Below are positions 10,007-18,482 of a DNA stretch of 64,000 nt, piece by piece. The notes under the pieces were generated by a model. That model was given only the letters and a program-made list of their open reading frames with translations. It ran no database searches and was not told where the DNA came from. The translations under genes were made by a program, and so were the position numbers. The stretch comes from Nitrospiraceae bacterium (GTDB lineage Bacteria > Nitrospirota > Nitrospiria > Nitrospirales > Nitrospiraceae): the NCBI GenBank assembly GCA_050246315.1, contig JBFWWG010000002.1, positions 492,811-556,810 on the forward strand, given 5' to 3'. Position 1 is the first letter of the stretch, and each line of letters opens with the position of its first letter.

Positions 10007-10103
10007 TATCGCGAAGCTCACCCACACCGCATTCGGCAGCGGAGCGGACGGAGGGATGATGGGGAACATGATGGGAACCAGCGGCATGATGATGTGTTTA
10101 TGA
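9924..10103 (+). CDS. lasso peptide precursor (59 aa)
   Basis: Own translation MREEDDPPKRQGTVRRTYKPPTLVEYGNIAKLTH-TAFGSGADGGMMGNMMGTSGMMMCL; YxxPxLxxxGxxxxxT leader motif; Asp at core position 8; GGAAGGAG RBS upstream; below the ORF-track length cutoff. Confidence 0.9.
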   Translation: MREEDDPPKRQGTVRRTYKPPTLVEYGNIAKLTHTAFGSGADGGMMGNMMGTSGMMMCL

Positions 10104-10133
10104 GCCCGAGGTCCCAGCATCGGAGAGCCGAAC

Positions 10134-11303
10134 TTGTCCACGATTATCGATGAACATCGCGAGTATCTCAGCGATAGACCACGCCTGGCTGCGTTCCGGC
10201 AGGCGCTGGAACAACTCGTCACGCCGGACTCGGTCGTCCTTGACTTGGGTTGCGGCACCGGGATTCTCGGATTGCTGGCCTGCCGCGCCGGCGCCAAGAG
10301 GGTCTATGCCGTCGATGAGGGCGGCGTAATCGAGGTCGCGCGAGGCCTGTGTTCAGCGAACGGCTTTGCCGACCGGATGAGGTTCATCAAAGGATTGTCT
10401 ACCCAGATAGAGTTGCCGGAGCAGGTTGATCTGATCGTCGCGGATCAGATCGGCCACTTCGGCTTCGAGGCCGGCATCTGCTTATACTTTCGAGATGCCA
10501 AGGCGCGCTTCTTGAAGCCGACCGGACAGACGATCCCGAAGCGAATCGCCCTCCATGTCGCTCCACTCGAACACCAAGCGCTCCGAGACCAGGTGGATTT
10601 CTGGCGGCAGGCTCCGCGACAGGGCCTCATCGAATTCGATTTGAGTCCGGTCCATCTGCCGGCCCTGAATAGCGGATACCCGGTGAAACTCCAGCCCGAC
10701 CACCTCCTTGGTCCTTCGGCTATGGCCGCCTCGTTCGATCCAGCCGAGGCGCCGGAACCGATGCGGTTTCATACGGACCTGACGGTGGGACGGGCCGGAG
10801 TATTTCATGGCATCGGCGGCTGGTTCGTGGCGGAGCTTGCCCCCGGCGTGACGATGTCCAACTCGCCGCTTTTCGCGCAGCGGGTCAATCGCCGTAACGC
10901 CTTCTTCCCCGTCGCTCAGCCGGTTTCAGTGGAGAAGGATGATCGGATCGACCTCACGATGACGATTCTGCCCTCGCAGACGGTGGTGTCCTGGAAGGTC
11001 CAGGTTTGGCGGACGACGACACCCTCCCAGCCTGGCCGGCGGACCCTTCTGACCGAGTCCACCCATTCGACCATGCAGGGCATGTTATTGAGCCGGGAAG
11101 ACCTTCACCGCACAAGGCCGGACTTTGTGCCACGCCTGACTCCCTGGGGAGAGGCGCGGCAGACCGTGCTCTCCTACTGCGACGGCAACCTTCCGCTCGC
11201 CATGATTGAACAGGAAGTCCTGCGGAGTCACCCGGATCTCTTTCCAAATCTCACGGCGGCCTCCATCTTCGTCGCCGAGGTCGTGACCCGATACAGCCGG
11301 TGA
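10134..11303 (+). CDS. class I SAM-dependent methyltransferase, PRMT-like architecture
   Basis: HREYLSDRPRLAAFRQAL, VLDLGCGTGILG, VYAVDE, LPEQVDLIV, FLKPTGQTIP, FHGIGGWF mirror protein arginine methyltransferase motifs. Confidence 0.85.
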   Translation: MSTIIDEHREYLSDRPRLAAFRQALEQLVTPDSVVLDLGCGTGILGLLACRAGAKRVYAVDEGGVIEVARGLCSANGFADRMRFIKGLSTQIELPEQVDLIVADQIGHFGFEAGICLYFRDAKARFLKPTGQTIPKRIALHVAPLEHQALRDQVDFWRQAPRQGLIEFDLSPVHLPALNSGYPVKLQPDHLLGPSAMAASFDPAEAPEPMRFHTDLTVGRAGVFHGIGGWFVAELAPGVTMSNSPLFAQRVNRRNAFFPVAQPVSVEKDDRIDLTMTILPSQTVVSWKVQVWRTTTPSQPGRRTLLTESTHSTMQGMLLSREDLHRTRPDFVPRLTPWGEARQTVLSYCDGNLPLAMIEQEVLRSHPDLFPNLTAASIFVAEVVTRYSR

Positions 11304-12310
11304 GGGCCGTGGGTCGTCATCCGGACATCCCCTATCGCTATTCGTTCGCCGACTTGATCCTCTCTAGCAATACGACTTTGCCCGACCTCCCTCCGTTGTC
11401 CTCCAACTCCTTCCAGCCAGCCGATCAGGAGGCTCCGCTCGAAGTCACCTTCTCAAATCGGTCGCCGCTGGCTGCCCAGCCTGACCGCTGGCTGGTCCGG
11501 ATCGGGGGTAGGCGGCGGCCATGGATGTGTTTGGGTCTGACCAAAAATGGTTACCTGCTTCGGTTCCTCGGTATCGCAGATTTCCTGCTCGATTCCTCGG
11601 GTCGATGGATCCAAGGGAGATCGGATGGCCGGACAACGAAGCGGCGAGTCGCCCATCTTTTGCTGGACCATGTGCTGCCTCTTGCTCTTTCGCTCAGACA
11701 GAAGACCGTGCTCCACGCTTCGGCGGTTGTCACTCGGGATGGTTGTTGTGTGTTCACCGGCCCTTCCGGCTCCGGCAAATCGACGCTCGCTGCAAGTTTT
11801 CAGGCTGATGGGGCTGAGCTGCTCAGCGATGACTGCGTGATGCTCACCAAACGAAACGGATCAGTCTGGGTGACGCCCACCTATCGGAGTCTAAGGCTCT
11901 GGTCCGATTCGCTTCGACATCTCGTCCCGCCTCAACCCGCTGAGCCGGTCCGGTTCGGCTCGTCCATCAAACATTCGGTCTTGGTCCCAGCCGGACGAAC
12001 TCGCCTCGCTTATCCGGTGCGCAGGATCTACCATCTTTCGGCTGGAGTGATCCGCCCAAACGGACAACGTCGCTCGCCCATGACATCCCGCGCGACGGTG
12101 ACGACACTGAGTCTCCGCGAGGGGTTGGTACACCTGCTTGCCGCTCTGCGCCGAGTGAACATGACAGACCCTATCGGCTTGATTCGAGAATTGGAGGCGC
12201 TGAGTCCCATCGTGGAAGCAGTCCCGGTCAAACGGTTGACCGTGCCGCATCGTTATGACCGCCTAGACGAAGTTCGCGAGGTCGTTCGGCAGGACTTGCA
12301 AGGGACCTGA
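11300..12310 (+). CDS. HPr kinase-like RiPP kinase
   Basis: LHASAV...FTGPSGSGKSTLA...LLSDD motifs; GTGA overlap with the methyltransferase. Confidence 0.82.
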   Translation: MRAVGRHPDIPYRYSFADLILSSNTTLPDLPPLSSNSFQPADQEAPLEVTFSNRSPLAAQPDRWLVRIGGRRRPWMCLGLTKNGYLLRFLGIADFLLDSSGRWIQGRSDGRTTKRRVAHLLLDHVLPLALSLRQKTVLHASAVVTRDGCCVFTGPSGSGKSTLAASFQADGAELLSDDCVMLTKRNGSVWVTPTYRSLRLWSDSLRHLVPPQPAEPVRFGSSIKHSVLVPAGRTRLAYPVRRIYHLSAGVIRPNGQRRSPMTSRATVTTLSLREGLVHLLAALRRVNMTDPIGLIRELEALSPIVEAVPVKRLTVPHRYDRLDEVREVVRQDLQGT

Positions 12311-12316
12311 CGACGC

Positions 12317-13477
12317 ATGAGGATGGACCACCTCCATCCGCGGCTCGCCGCCGCGCTCGGCATTGTTCGGTGCACCGCCCAAGCCATCCCTCTCGTCACC
12401 ACCGATTGGCCGAAGTTGATCGAACAGGCCGAGCGATATCGCCTGATTCCCCTGCTCCATGACCACCTGCTCCAAACCGGATTGTTCTCGACCCTGCCTG
12501 ACTCCGCTCACCAGGCATTACGGAGCCGGCTCGCCGAGATCGCTGCTCGGCAACTGTCGCTGACGTACGGCCTGACCGCCATCCTCAAACGATGCAAGGC
12601 GGCAGCCATTCCCTGTGCGCCACTCCGCGGGCCGGCGCTGACTTCAATGCTTGCCCCCTCCCTGTCCACCAGGGTGATGGAGGATATCGATCTGCTCATC
12701 CCCAAACGACTCCTTGGCACTATGGTCGTCCTGTTGGCAGATTTGGGGTATCGCCAGATCGAACAGCGCCCGGGCTTTGCACAGCGATTTTCGTATGCGA
12801 CATCGTTCGTCGCATTGAGGCCGGTTCCGCTCTGCGTGGACGTCCATTGGAGTTTGGCCTACCCGCCTCATCACGATCGCATCGACATGGAGGGAGTCTG
12901 GCAACGAGCCGAACAGAGGGAGTTTGATCGCGCACCCGGTTGGTCGATCAGCCTGCCGGACCTTCTGATCCATTTATGCGCCCATTGGCAGCATAAAGGC
13001 GGAAGGGGACCGATCTTGTGGCTCTTCGAACTGGATCAACTCATCCGCCGCAACCGGAATCTCGACTGGCACCTTGTTCGTGAACTGGCCCGCGACAGCG
13101 GACAGTGCCCGGCTGTGTGCAAGACTCTTATGGAACTGCGAGACCTCTATGAGACGCCGTTACCGGAATGGCTGCTCGATCGAGGAACTCAGTCCGGTTT
13201 GCCGAGCGCTTCTCTCGCAGAAATTGGTCCGTTCGAAGAATGGGCGCAGTTGGCCTCGTTACCGGATCTGTTCACCAAACTGCGCTACGCGGGCTCACTC
13301 GTCTGGCCCTCGCCAGAGTATATGCGCTGGCGTTACGGCGTCTCCAGTTCGGCGGCGCTGCTCTGGGCCTACCTACGCAGATCTGTTGAGCTAGGCTGGG
13401 CCGTGGCCCCCTGGCGACTGACTCGCCTTAGATCCTACATTTCGCGGTTCTCGTCTCGGTTTACCTTATTCAAATGA
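12317..13477 (+). CDS. nucleotidyltransferase family protein (NTP_transf_5-like)
   Basis: LRGPAL...RVMEDIDLLI, VDVHW, LIHLCAH motifs. Confidence 0.82.
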   Translation: MRMDHLHPRLAAALGIVRCTAQAIPLVTTDWPKLIEQAERYRLIPLLHDHLLQTGLFSTLPDSAHQALRSRLAEIAARQLSLTYGLTAILKRCKAAAIPCAPLRGPALTSMLAPSLSTRVMEDIDLLIPKRLLGTMVVLLADLGYRQIEQRPGFAQRFSYATSFVALRPVPLCVDVHWSLAYPPHHDRIDMEGVWQRAEQREFDRAPGWSISLPDLLIHLCAHWQHKGGRGPILWLFELDQLIRRNRNLDWHLVRELARDSGQCPAVCKTLMELRDLYETPLPEWLLDRGTQSGLPSASLAEIGPFEEWAQLASLPDLFTKLRYAGSLVWPSPEYMRWRYGVSSSAALLWAYLRRSVELGWAVAPWRLTRLRSYISRFSSRFTLFK

Positions 13478-13536
13478 TCGTATTCCTGCGTGCTTCTGTG
13501 CCATGGTACGATGCCTGCCAATTGGAAGATCCAGCA

Positions 13537-14037
13537 ATGGAACGCCCCTTCGACAAAGACCTCGAGTACATGCGACTGGCGATCGATGAGGCCACACTCG
13601 CCGCCGCACGCGGCGAAGTCCCGATCGCCGCCATCCTGGTCGCAGAGGACCGGATCGTCGCCCAGGGCCACAATTTCCGAGAACTCTGGCAGGACCCGAC
13701 GGCCCATGCCGAGATGATTGTCATCCGTGAGGCAGCCGCCAAGCAAGGCACCTGGCGGCTGATCGACACCACGCTCTATGTGACGCTCGAACCCTGTTCG
13801 ATGTGCGCGGGCGCGATTGTCCTGGCGCGGATTCCCCGCCTGGTGTTCGCCGCACCGGATCCCAAGGCGGGCGCCTGCGGCTCGCTGTTCAACATCACGC
13901 AGGACCGGCGTTTGAATCACAGGGTCGAGATCGTAAGCGGGTTGCTCGAACGAGAGAGCCAGGAATTGCTTCAGAGGTTTTTCCGAAGTCTGCGCGAAAA
14001 GGACGAGCGGCGGATGAGTTTGGACCCCGGCCTCTGA
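13537..14037 (+). CDS. tadA: tRNA adenosine(34) deaminase
   Basis: GEVPIAA, DPTAHAE, LYVTLEPCSMCAGA, DPKAGACGS. Confidence 0.95.
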   Translation: MERPFDKDLEYMRLAIDEATLAAARGEVPIAAILVAEDRIVAQGHNFRELWQDPTAHAEMIVIREAAAKQGTWRLIDTTLYVTLEPCSMCAGAIVLARIPRLVFAAPDPKAGACGSLFNITQDRRLNHRVEIVSGLLERESQELLQRFFRSLREKDERRMSLDPGL

Positions 14038-14053
14038 TCAATTCCGGCTGTTT

Positions 14054-14845
14054 TCAACTCCCTTCTCCCAACCAGCAACGGACTAGGCGAAGGTCTGGTT
14101 GATAGCGCCGCACCTGCCATTCCACTCCTTCCGCCGCCACGGCACCAAGGTAGGTTGTCGAGAGTGGAACAAAGCGAACCAGCCAAGACCGACCTTTGAT
14201 CTCCCCTTGAAGCCACACCGTCGCGGAATGGCCACCCGGATGACCAATCACCTCGCAGTGTGACAGTCCTCTGGCCAGCCCCACCCCGGTGGCTTTGAGC
14301 ACCGCCTCCTTCGCCGTCCAATACCGGATGAACTCTGCCTTGTAGCGCGGGCGGGACAACAAGGCAAAGTGCGTCTGTTCTGCCGGAGAAAAATATCGCT
14401 CCACGATGGCCTGCGGCCGAACCGGTCGAGTCAGCGCCTCGACATCCACACCGACCGGCCGGCCACTCGCCACGGCAATCATCGTCATGTCGGCCGAATG
14501 GGCCAAGTTGAATTCCAGACGCGGTGACTCGGCCACCTTCACCATCTGAGGCTTACCATTGGCGTGAGCCTGAAACCGGAGTCGCTCGGGTTGTATAGCG
14601 AGGTACCGGCTGAGGACCAGACGCAAGAATCCGTGCGCCAGGACAAAGTGCATCCGATGAGTCGGATCAGCCAGGCGCGCCGCCCGTTTCCGTTCCTCCG
14701 GTGATAAGAGAGCCGTGAACCGCTGAAGATCGCGACGGAACGTCCTGACATCAGCCGTCCACAGGTGCACTGAGCGGGCATCCAGCGCCGGTCTCTCAAC
14801 CGGCTTGGCGGGTTTCCGTTTTTGTTCGGTTGGCATGGCCGTCAC
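14054..14845 (-). CDS. Sfp-type 4'-phosphopantetheinyl transferase
   Basis: GKP, FNLAHS, VGVDVE, WTAKEAVLKATGVGL. Confidence 0.92.
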   Translation of the reverse strand: MTAMPTEQKRKPAKPVERPALDARSVHLWTADVRTFRRDLQRFTALLSPEERKRAARLADPTHRMHFVLAHGFLRLVLSRYLAIQPERLRFQAHANGKPQMVKVAESPRLEFNLAHSADMTMIAVASGRPVGVDVEALTRPVRPQAIVERYFSPAEQTHFALLSRPRYKAEFIRYWTAKEAVLKATGVGLARGLSHCEVIGHPGGHSATVWLQGEIKGRSWLVRFVPLSTTYLGAVAAEGVEWQVRRYQPDLRLVRCWLGEGS

Positions 14846-16167
14846 GGGTTTACCGGTCGTCCGCGTCGACCATTTGAAAATTGTCGTCGCGCCAGGTTAT
14901 CTTCACGACTTCCCACGGCCGCAACGGAGAGGTGACGGAGTGGCCGAACGTGCCGGTCTCGAAAACCGGTGTCTGGGTAACTGGACCGAGGGTTCAAATC
15001 CCTCCCTCTCCGCCATTTTTCAATAGCTTGTGACGCTGTTTCAGCGGGGGTGATACCTAGAATCGCCTCAGGTGTCACCGGAAATGTAACCTTTTTCTCC
15101 TGAATGTACGCCCCTAGCTTCGCGGCAGCCTGCCTCAGGTCTTCCTCACTGGTGATGTTGTATCGGTCAAATACGGAGCGCGTCTTGTGGCCGCTGATCT
15201 TCATGGCCACGGTCTCAGGAACGCCCGCACGGACAAGATTTCGCACTCCGGTGCGCCGTAGGTCATGGAAGGTCCTATTCTCGACGCCTACGCGCTGACA
15301 GGCCGCTTGCCAGCCATGTACGAGGTTACTGAATGGCTTCCCGTTCCGGTGACAGACATAGGGGCAATGCGGATAGTCTCGGTCTCGCAGTTCCTTGGCC
15401 TTCTGGATCACGCGGAGGAAATCGCCCGTCATGTAGATCACGCGGGGCTGATTGGTCTTGGTTTGCTTGGCCGCCAGTCGGATGCAGCCTTCGGTCTCGC
15501 CTAATTCCACCTGCTCCCAGCGCAACCCCTTCTCACTGATGATTTCTCGCATCCGCATCCCGGTATAGTAGCCAATGGTCATGGCGACCTTGAGGTAATC
15601 CGGCGCGGCGCCCCGAACTGATAAAAACTCGTCATGCTCCAGGAAGCCTTCCCGCACATTGTTCTCCGCCAGCCGAGGGAAATGCGGAATCTGTCCTACC
15701 TTGGGAGGCGTTTGCCGCTGTCCCAGAATCATCATACGCTTGAGGGCATCAAGGTCTCGATTGACTGAGGCAGGCGCAGCCCCTTCCCCTAGCCGCTTGT
15801 CCACAAACTGCTGTAGACGTTGGGTGGTGATTGCGCTTACCCGCATTCCTCCGAAAACGGGTTTAAGTCGCTCGATGTTGTACTCCCGTCTGTCCCATGT
15901 CTTCAGCCCTTGAATTCGATAGTCTCGCTTCAGGTCTTCAACAAGGTCCTCAAACTTAGTCCGCTGAATCAGCGGGCCTACCCGCTGTCCGTCTAGAACC
16001 TTGCCTTCAGCCCGCTTCAAAACCGCCTGTGCCGCTCGCCTGTCATACCTCTCGGTAGACTGATAGATAGGTTTCCCATTGTCGAAGTATTTCATCCACC
16101 AGGGGCCAACCTCGACGCGCGCACCAGTGGCCGGGTCCTTCTTCTTGCGGCGATAGAGCGTCCCCAT
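14842..16167 (-). CDS. tyrosine recombinase/integrase
   Basis: TGMRMREI, TKT, FHDLRR, SGHKT, FDRY catalytic set; ORF extends antisense across the tRNA. Confidence 0.95.
   Translation of the reverse strand: MGTLYRRKKKDPATGARVEVGPWWMKYFDNGKPIYQSTERYDRRAAQAVLKRAEGKVLDGQRVGPLIQRTKFEDLVEDLKRDYRIQGLKTWDRREYNIERLKPVFGGMRVSAITTQRLQQFVDKRLGEGAAPASVNRDLDALKRMMILGQRQTPPKVGQIPHFPRLAENNVREGFLEHDEFLSVRGAAPDYLKVAMTIGYYTGMRMREIISEKGLRWEQVELGETEGCIRLAAKQTKTNQPRVIYMTGDFLRVIQKAKELRDRDYPHCPYVCHRNGKPFSNLVHGWQAACQRVGVENRTFHDLRRTGVRNLVRAGVPETVAMKISGHKTRSVFDRYNITSEEDLRQAAAKLGAYIQEKKVTFPVTPEAILGITPAETASQAIEKWRRGRDLNPRSSYPDTGFRDRHVRPLRHLSVAAVGSREDNLARRQFSNGRRGRPVNP
14926..15015 (+). tRNA. tRNA-Ser(CGA)
   Basis: GGAGAGG...CCTCTCCGCCA acceptor stem with encoded CCA, anticodon arm CCGGT-CTCGAAA-ACCGG, long variable arm, GGTTCAAATCC T-arm. 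Confidence 0.95.
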
Positions 16168-16180
16168 TGCCTAACCCTCC

Positions 16181-16366
16181 CTACTCGTCTGCAACCAGGT
16201 CAGCGACTTTCACCCTTAACGTCCTTGCAAGCCGACGCAATGTAGTAAGCGACACATTGGCTTTCCCATTCTCCAAGTTACAAAGGTAGGTGTAACTCAT
16301 CCGCGCCTTGTCGGCTAACTGCTTTTGGGTCAGACCCTTCTCTTGGCGAACCGCTTTCAGGCGCAC
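16181..16366 (-). CDS. XRE-family HTH regulator
   Basis: RQEKGLTQKQLA...YLCNLENGKANVSLTTLRRLA. Confidence 0.9.
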   Translation of the reverse strand: MRLKAVRQEKGLTQKQLADKARMSYTYLCNLENGKANVSLTTLRRLARTLRVKVADLVADE

Positions 16367-16379
16367 GGCATATACCCTC

Positions 16380-16423
16380 TATACAGTAATTACTTTATAC
16401 AGTACTGTCTGGCAGGGTGTCAA
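16380..16423 (-). promoter_or_regulatory. putative promoter/operator for xre-int
   Basis: Minus-strand TTGACA (16423-16418), 18 bp, TATAAA; direct repeat TATACAGTA at 16380 and 16396 and palindrome ACAGTACTGT overlap the -10 region. Confidence 0.45.
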
Positions 16424-16680
16424 GATGCCTGGCCCAGTTCCTCACAGAATTTGTTCCGATCGATAAACTCGTCCATATCCCTCACGTCTACATGGACCCG
16501 ACCCCCTGCCCGTACCGAGGGCAGCGCCCCATCCCAGATCAAGCGGCGAACCGACCACGTAGACCGGCCTAAATAAGCCGCTGCCTCGGCAAGCGTGTAG
16601 AGTCTTTTGGCCTGGTACCGGCTCTTGATGACTTGGCCAGTCCCTAAGCTCTGCCCATCGGGACCGTTCGCCCCGCTCAT
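16420..16680 (-). CDS. excisionase-like HTH protein
   Basis: LYTLAEAAAYLGRSTWSVRRLIWDGALPSVRAGGRVHVDVRDMDEFI. Confidence 0.88.
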   Translation of the reverse strand: MSGANGPDGQSLGTGQVIKSRYQAKRLYTLAEAAAYLGRSTWSVRRLIWDGALPSVRAGGRVHVDVRDMDEFIDRNKFCEELGQAS

Positions 16681-16943
16681 CGCAGCCGCCTCACCAGATC
16701 GAGCGGAATCTTCACCAGCCGCTCGGTCTTAGGATGCCAGACCAGGACCGCCCCATCGGGATAGGTGGCCAGAATTTCGCCCGTACAGGGCCCAAAGAGC
16801 GGGCTGGTCCACCGGACCGCTTGGCCGGGCTCCATCCGGCGGGCTGGCTTGCTGACCGTCGGTTCGTCCATCGCGTGCCCGACTCGTTCGGCCTTCCGTG
16901 GACGGTTGGCAATCTCAAGCGCCCGCTGCAACAGATCGTCCAT
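16677..16943 (-). CDS. hypothetical protein of the element
   Basis: ATGA overlap with the downstream gene; ATG 16943 preceded by GAGG. Confidence 0.6.
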   Translation of the reverse strand: MDDLLQRALEIANRPRKAERVGHAMDEPTVSKPARRMEPGQAVRWTSPLFGPCTGEILATYPDGAVLVWHPKTERLVKIPLDLVRRLR

Positions 16944-17021
16944 TCCGCCTCTCTTTCTCCTTACCCCTATGAACCGCCACAGGCCGCCACACGCCACACA
17001 GTCGCCACAGCGGTTTTCTTT

Positions 17022-18482
17022 TCAATAACTTGCAGTTACGCCGCCTGTGTCGGATGTCCCATGTGTGGCGCTTTCCCCAGGGTATGAAAGCGGAACATAG
17101 CGGCTCACCAGTTCGTCGATCAGCTTCTTCTTCAGGTCGTACCCTCGCACAGTCGTTTTTCCGTCACGCCACTTGGCGGGGCGGAGCCCCAGCGGATGAA
17201 GCCGTGAGGCGAGCGCCCGTGGCGAGAGGGATTCCCATCCCAGCCGGTCCTTCACCTTCTCGATGAGGTCGGGGGTCGAAATGCTGACATGGGGGCACTC
17301 CCCGAGCGTGTCCCGCAGGACTTCCAGGATGCCGATCAAGGGCTCATCCCCGGAAAGAGCCGCCCGATCCTTGCCCATCCGCGCCGCCAGGTCGATCAGG
17401 CGATCCGTCAGCGAGGAGCCGCCTTCGGCATCGGCTACGGAGGTGATGGCCACGAGCGGTTCCCAGAGATTCACGGCGCGGTCATCGTCCAAGTTCGCCA
17501 ACCCGGCGAAGTCGCCTTTCTCGTAGCACCCCTCAATCGTCGCTGCGCGATCGAGCGCGAAGGCCGCGCACACGTCACGGGCAGCTTGGGCTAACCGCGA
17601 GAGATGGCGAGGAGAAAATCGGTCCACGCGCACGGAGGGCGGTTTTCGCTGGAGGAACAAGATCAGCGCCCGATCTTCGAGCGTCGATTCAAGCGCGGAG
17701 ATCGAGGCAATCACCCGAGGCACATAGGTCTCAAATTGCTCTTTGACCTGATTCCCGCCCACTTTCTTGTAGCGAGCGACCACGGCCCCACGGTGAAATC
17801 CGACATTCAGTACGCTGGTCATTGCGCTCCACCGTTCCCGGTCATGGGTCATGCCTTCGAGTTCGTCAAAAATTTGGACCCCGCCATCTTCTCTCGGTTC
17901 TCGGAAAATCTGGGCTTCCGTTGGGGAGGCCGTCGGGGGGTGTGCGTTGAATGCCAACAGGCTCACCACATCCAAGAGACGGCTTTTGCCGCATCGTTTT
18001 TCGGGAGAACGAAGCACCAAATACGGGAAGTACTCGAAGGCTTGATAGAGGTAGGTGCCGACAATCCAAACCGCCACCAGGAGCCCGGCATCTGGAGGCA
18101 GGATCACAAACCGGTTGACAAGCGATTCGAGATGGGCGATCAGCTCCGCTCCGTTCGGACGTTCCCCCTTGAGAAAGCGTTTGATACCGTCTCGCGACAG
18201 TGGCCCCGATCCGAGGCCATAGTCGATCGCTCCAAACGCTTCCGCCGGCAGAATGGTCCGATCCGACAGGACCACATGCGCGGCACCCTTCAGTCGAACA
18301 CCCAGACTCAACTTGCCCTCGCGAAAATCCTGTGGAAGCCGCGGGGGTGGTGTCGGTTCGGTCCCGTCCAGCAGGTCTTTGTATTGCGAGGCCTGATCGT
18401 GATCAGTATCGGCCACGCCGTTCAAGGCGGCCTTCGATAGCTCTTTAAGCCGCAGTGCGTCGGCGTTCATGTTGTTTGGCAT
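17022..18482 (-). CDS. DUF3631-like replication-associated protein
   Basis: WIVGTY...FPYLVLRSPEKRCGKSRLL P-loop variant, DE motif, WEPLVAI, C-terminal winged-helix-like LASRLHPLGLRP...RGY. Confidence 0.75.
   Translation of the reverse strand: MPNNMNADALRLKELSKAALNGVADTDHDQASQYKDLLDGTEPTPPPRLPQDFREGKLSLGVRLKGAAHVVLSDRTILPAEAFGAIDYGLGSGPLSRDGIKRFLKGERPNGAELIAHLESLVNRFVILPPDAGLLVAVWIVGTYLYQAFEYFPYLVLRSPEKRCGKSRLLDVVSLLAFNAHPPTASPTEAQIFREPREDGGVQIFDELEGMTHDRERWSAMTSVLNVGFHRGAVVARYKKVGGNQVKEQFETYVPRVIASISALESTLEDRALILFLQRKPPSVRVDRFSPRHLSRLAQAARDVCAAFALDRAATIEGCYEKGDFAGLANLDDDRAVNLWEPLVAITSVADAEGGSSLTDRLIDLAARMGKDRAALSGDEPLIGILEVLRDTLGECPHVSISTPDLIEKVKDRLGWESLSPRALASRLHPLGLRPAKWRDGKTTVRGYDLKKKLIDELVSRYVPLSYPGESATHGTSDTGGVTASY

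Noticed and set aside
13474..14845. tadA and PPTase as biosynthetic cluster members
   Set aside because: tadA is housekeeping; the PPTase is convergent and no carrier-protein, NRPS or PKS gene is present
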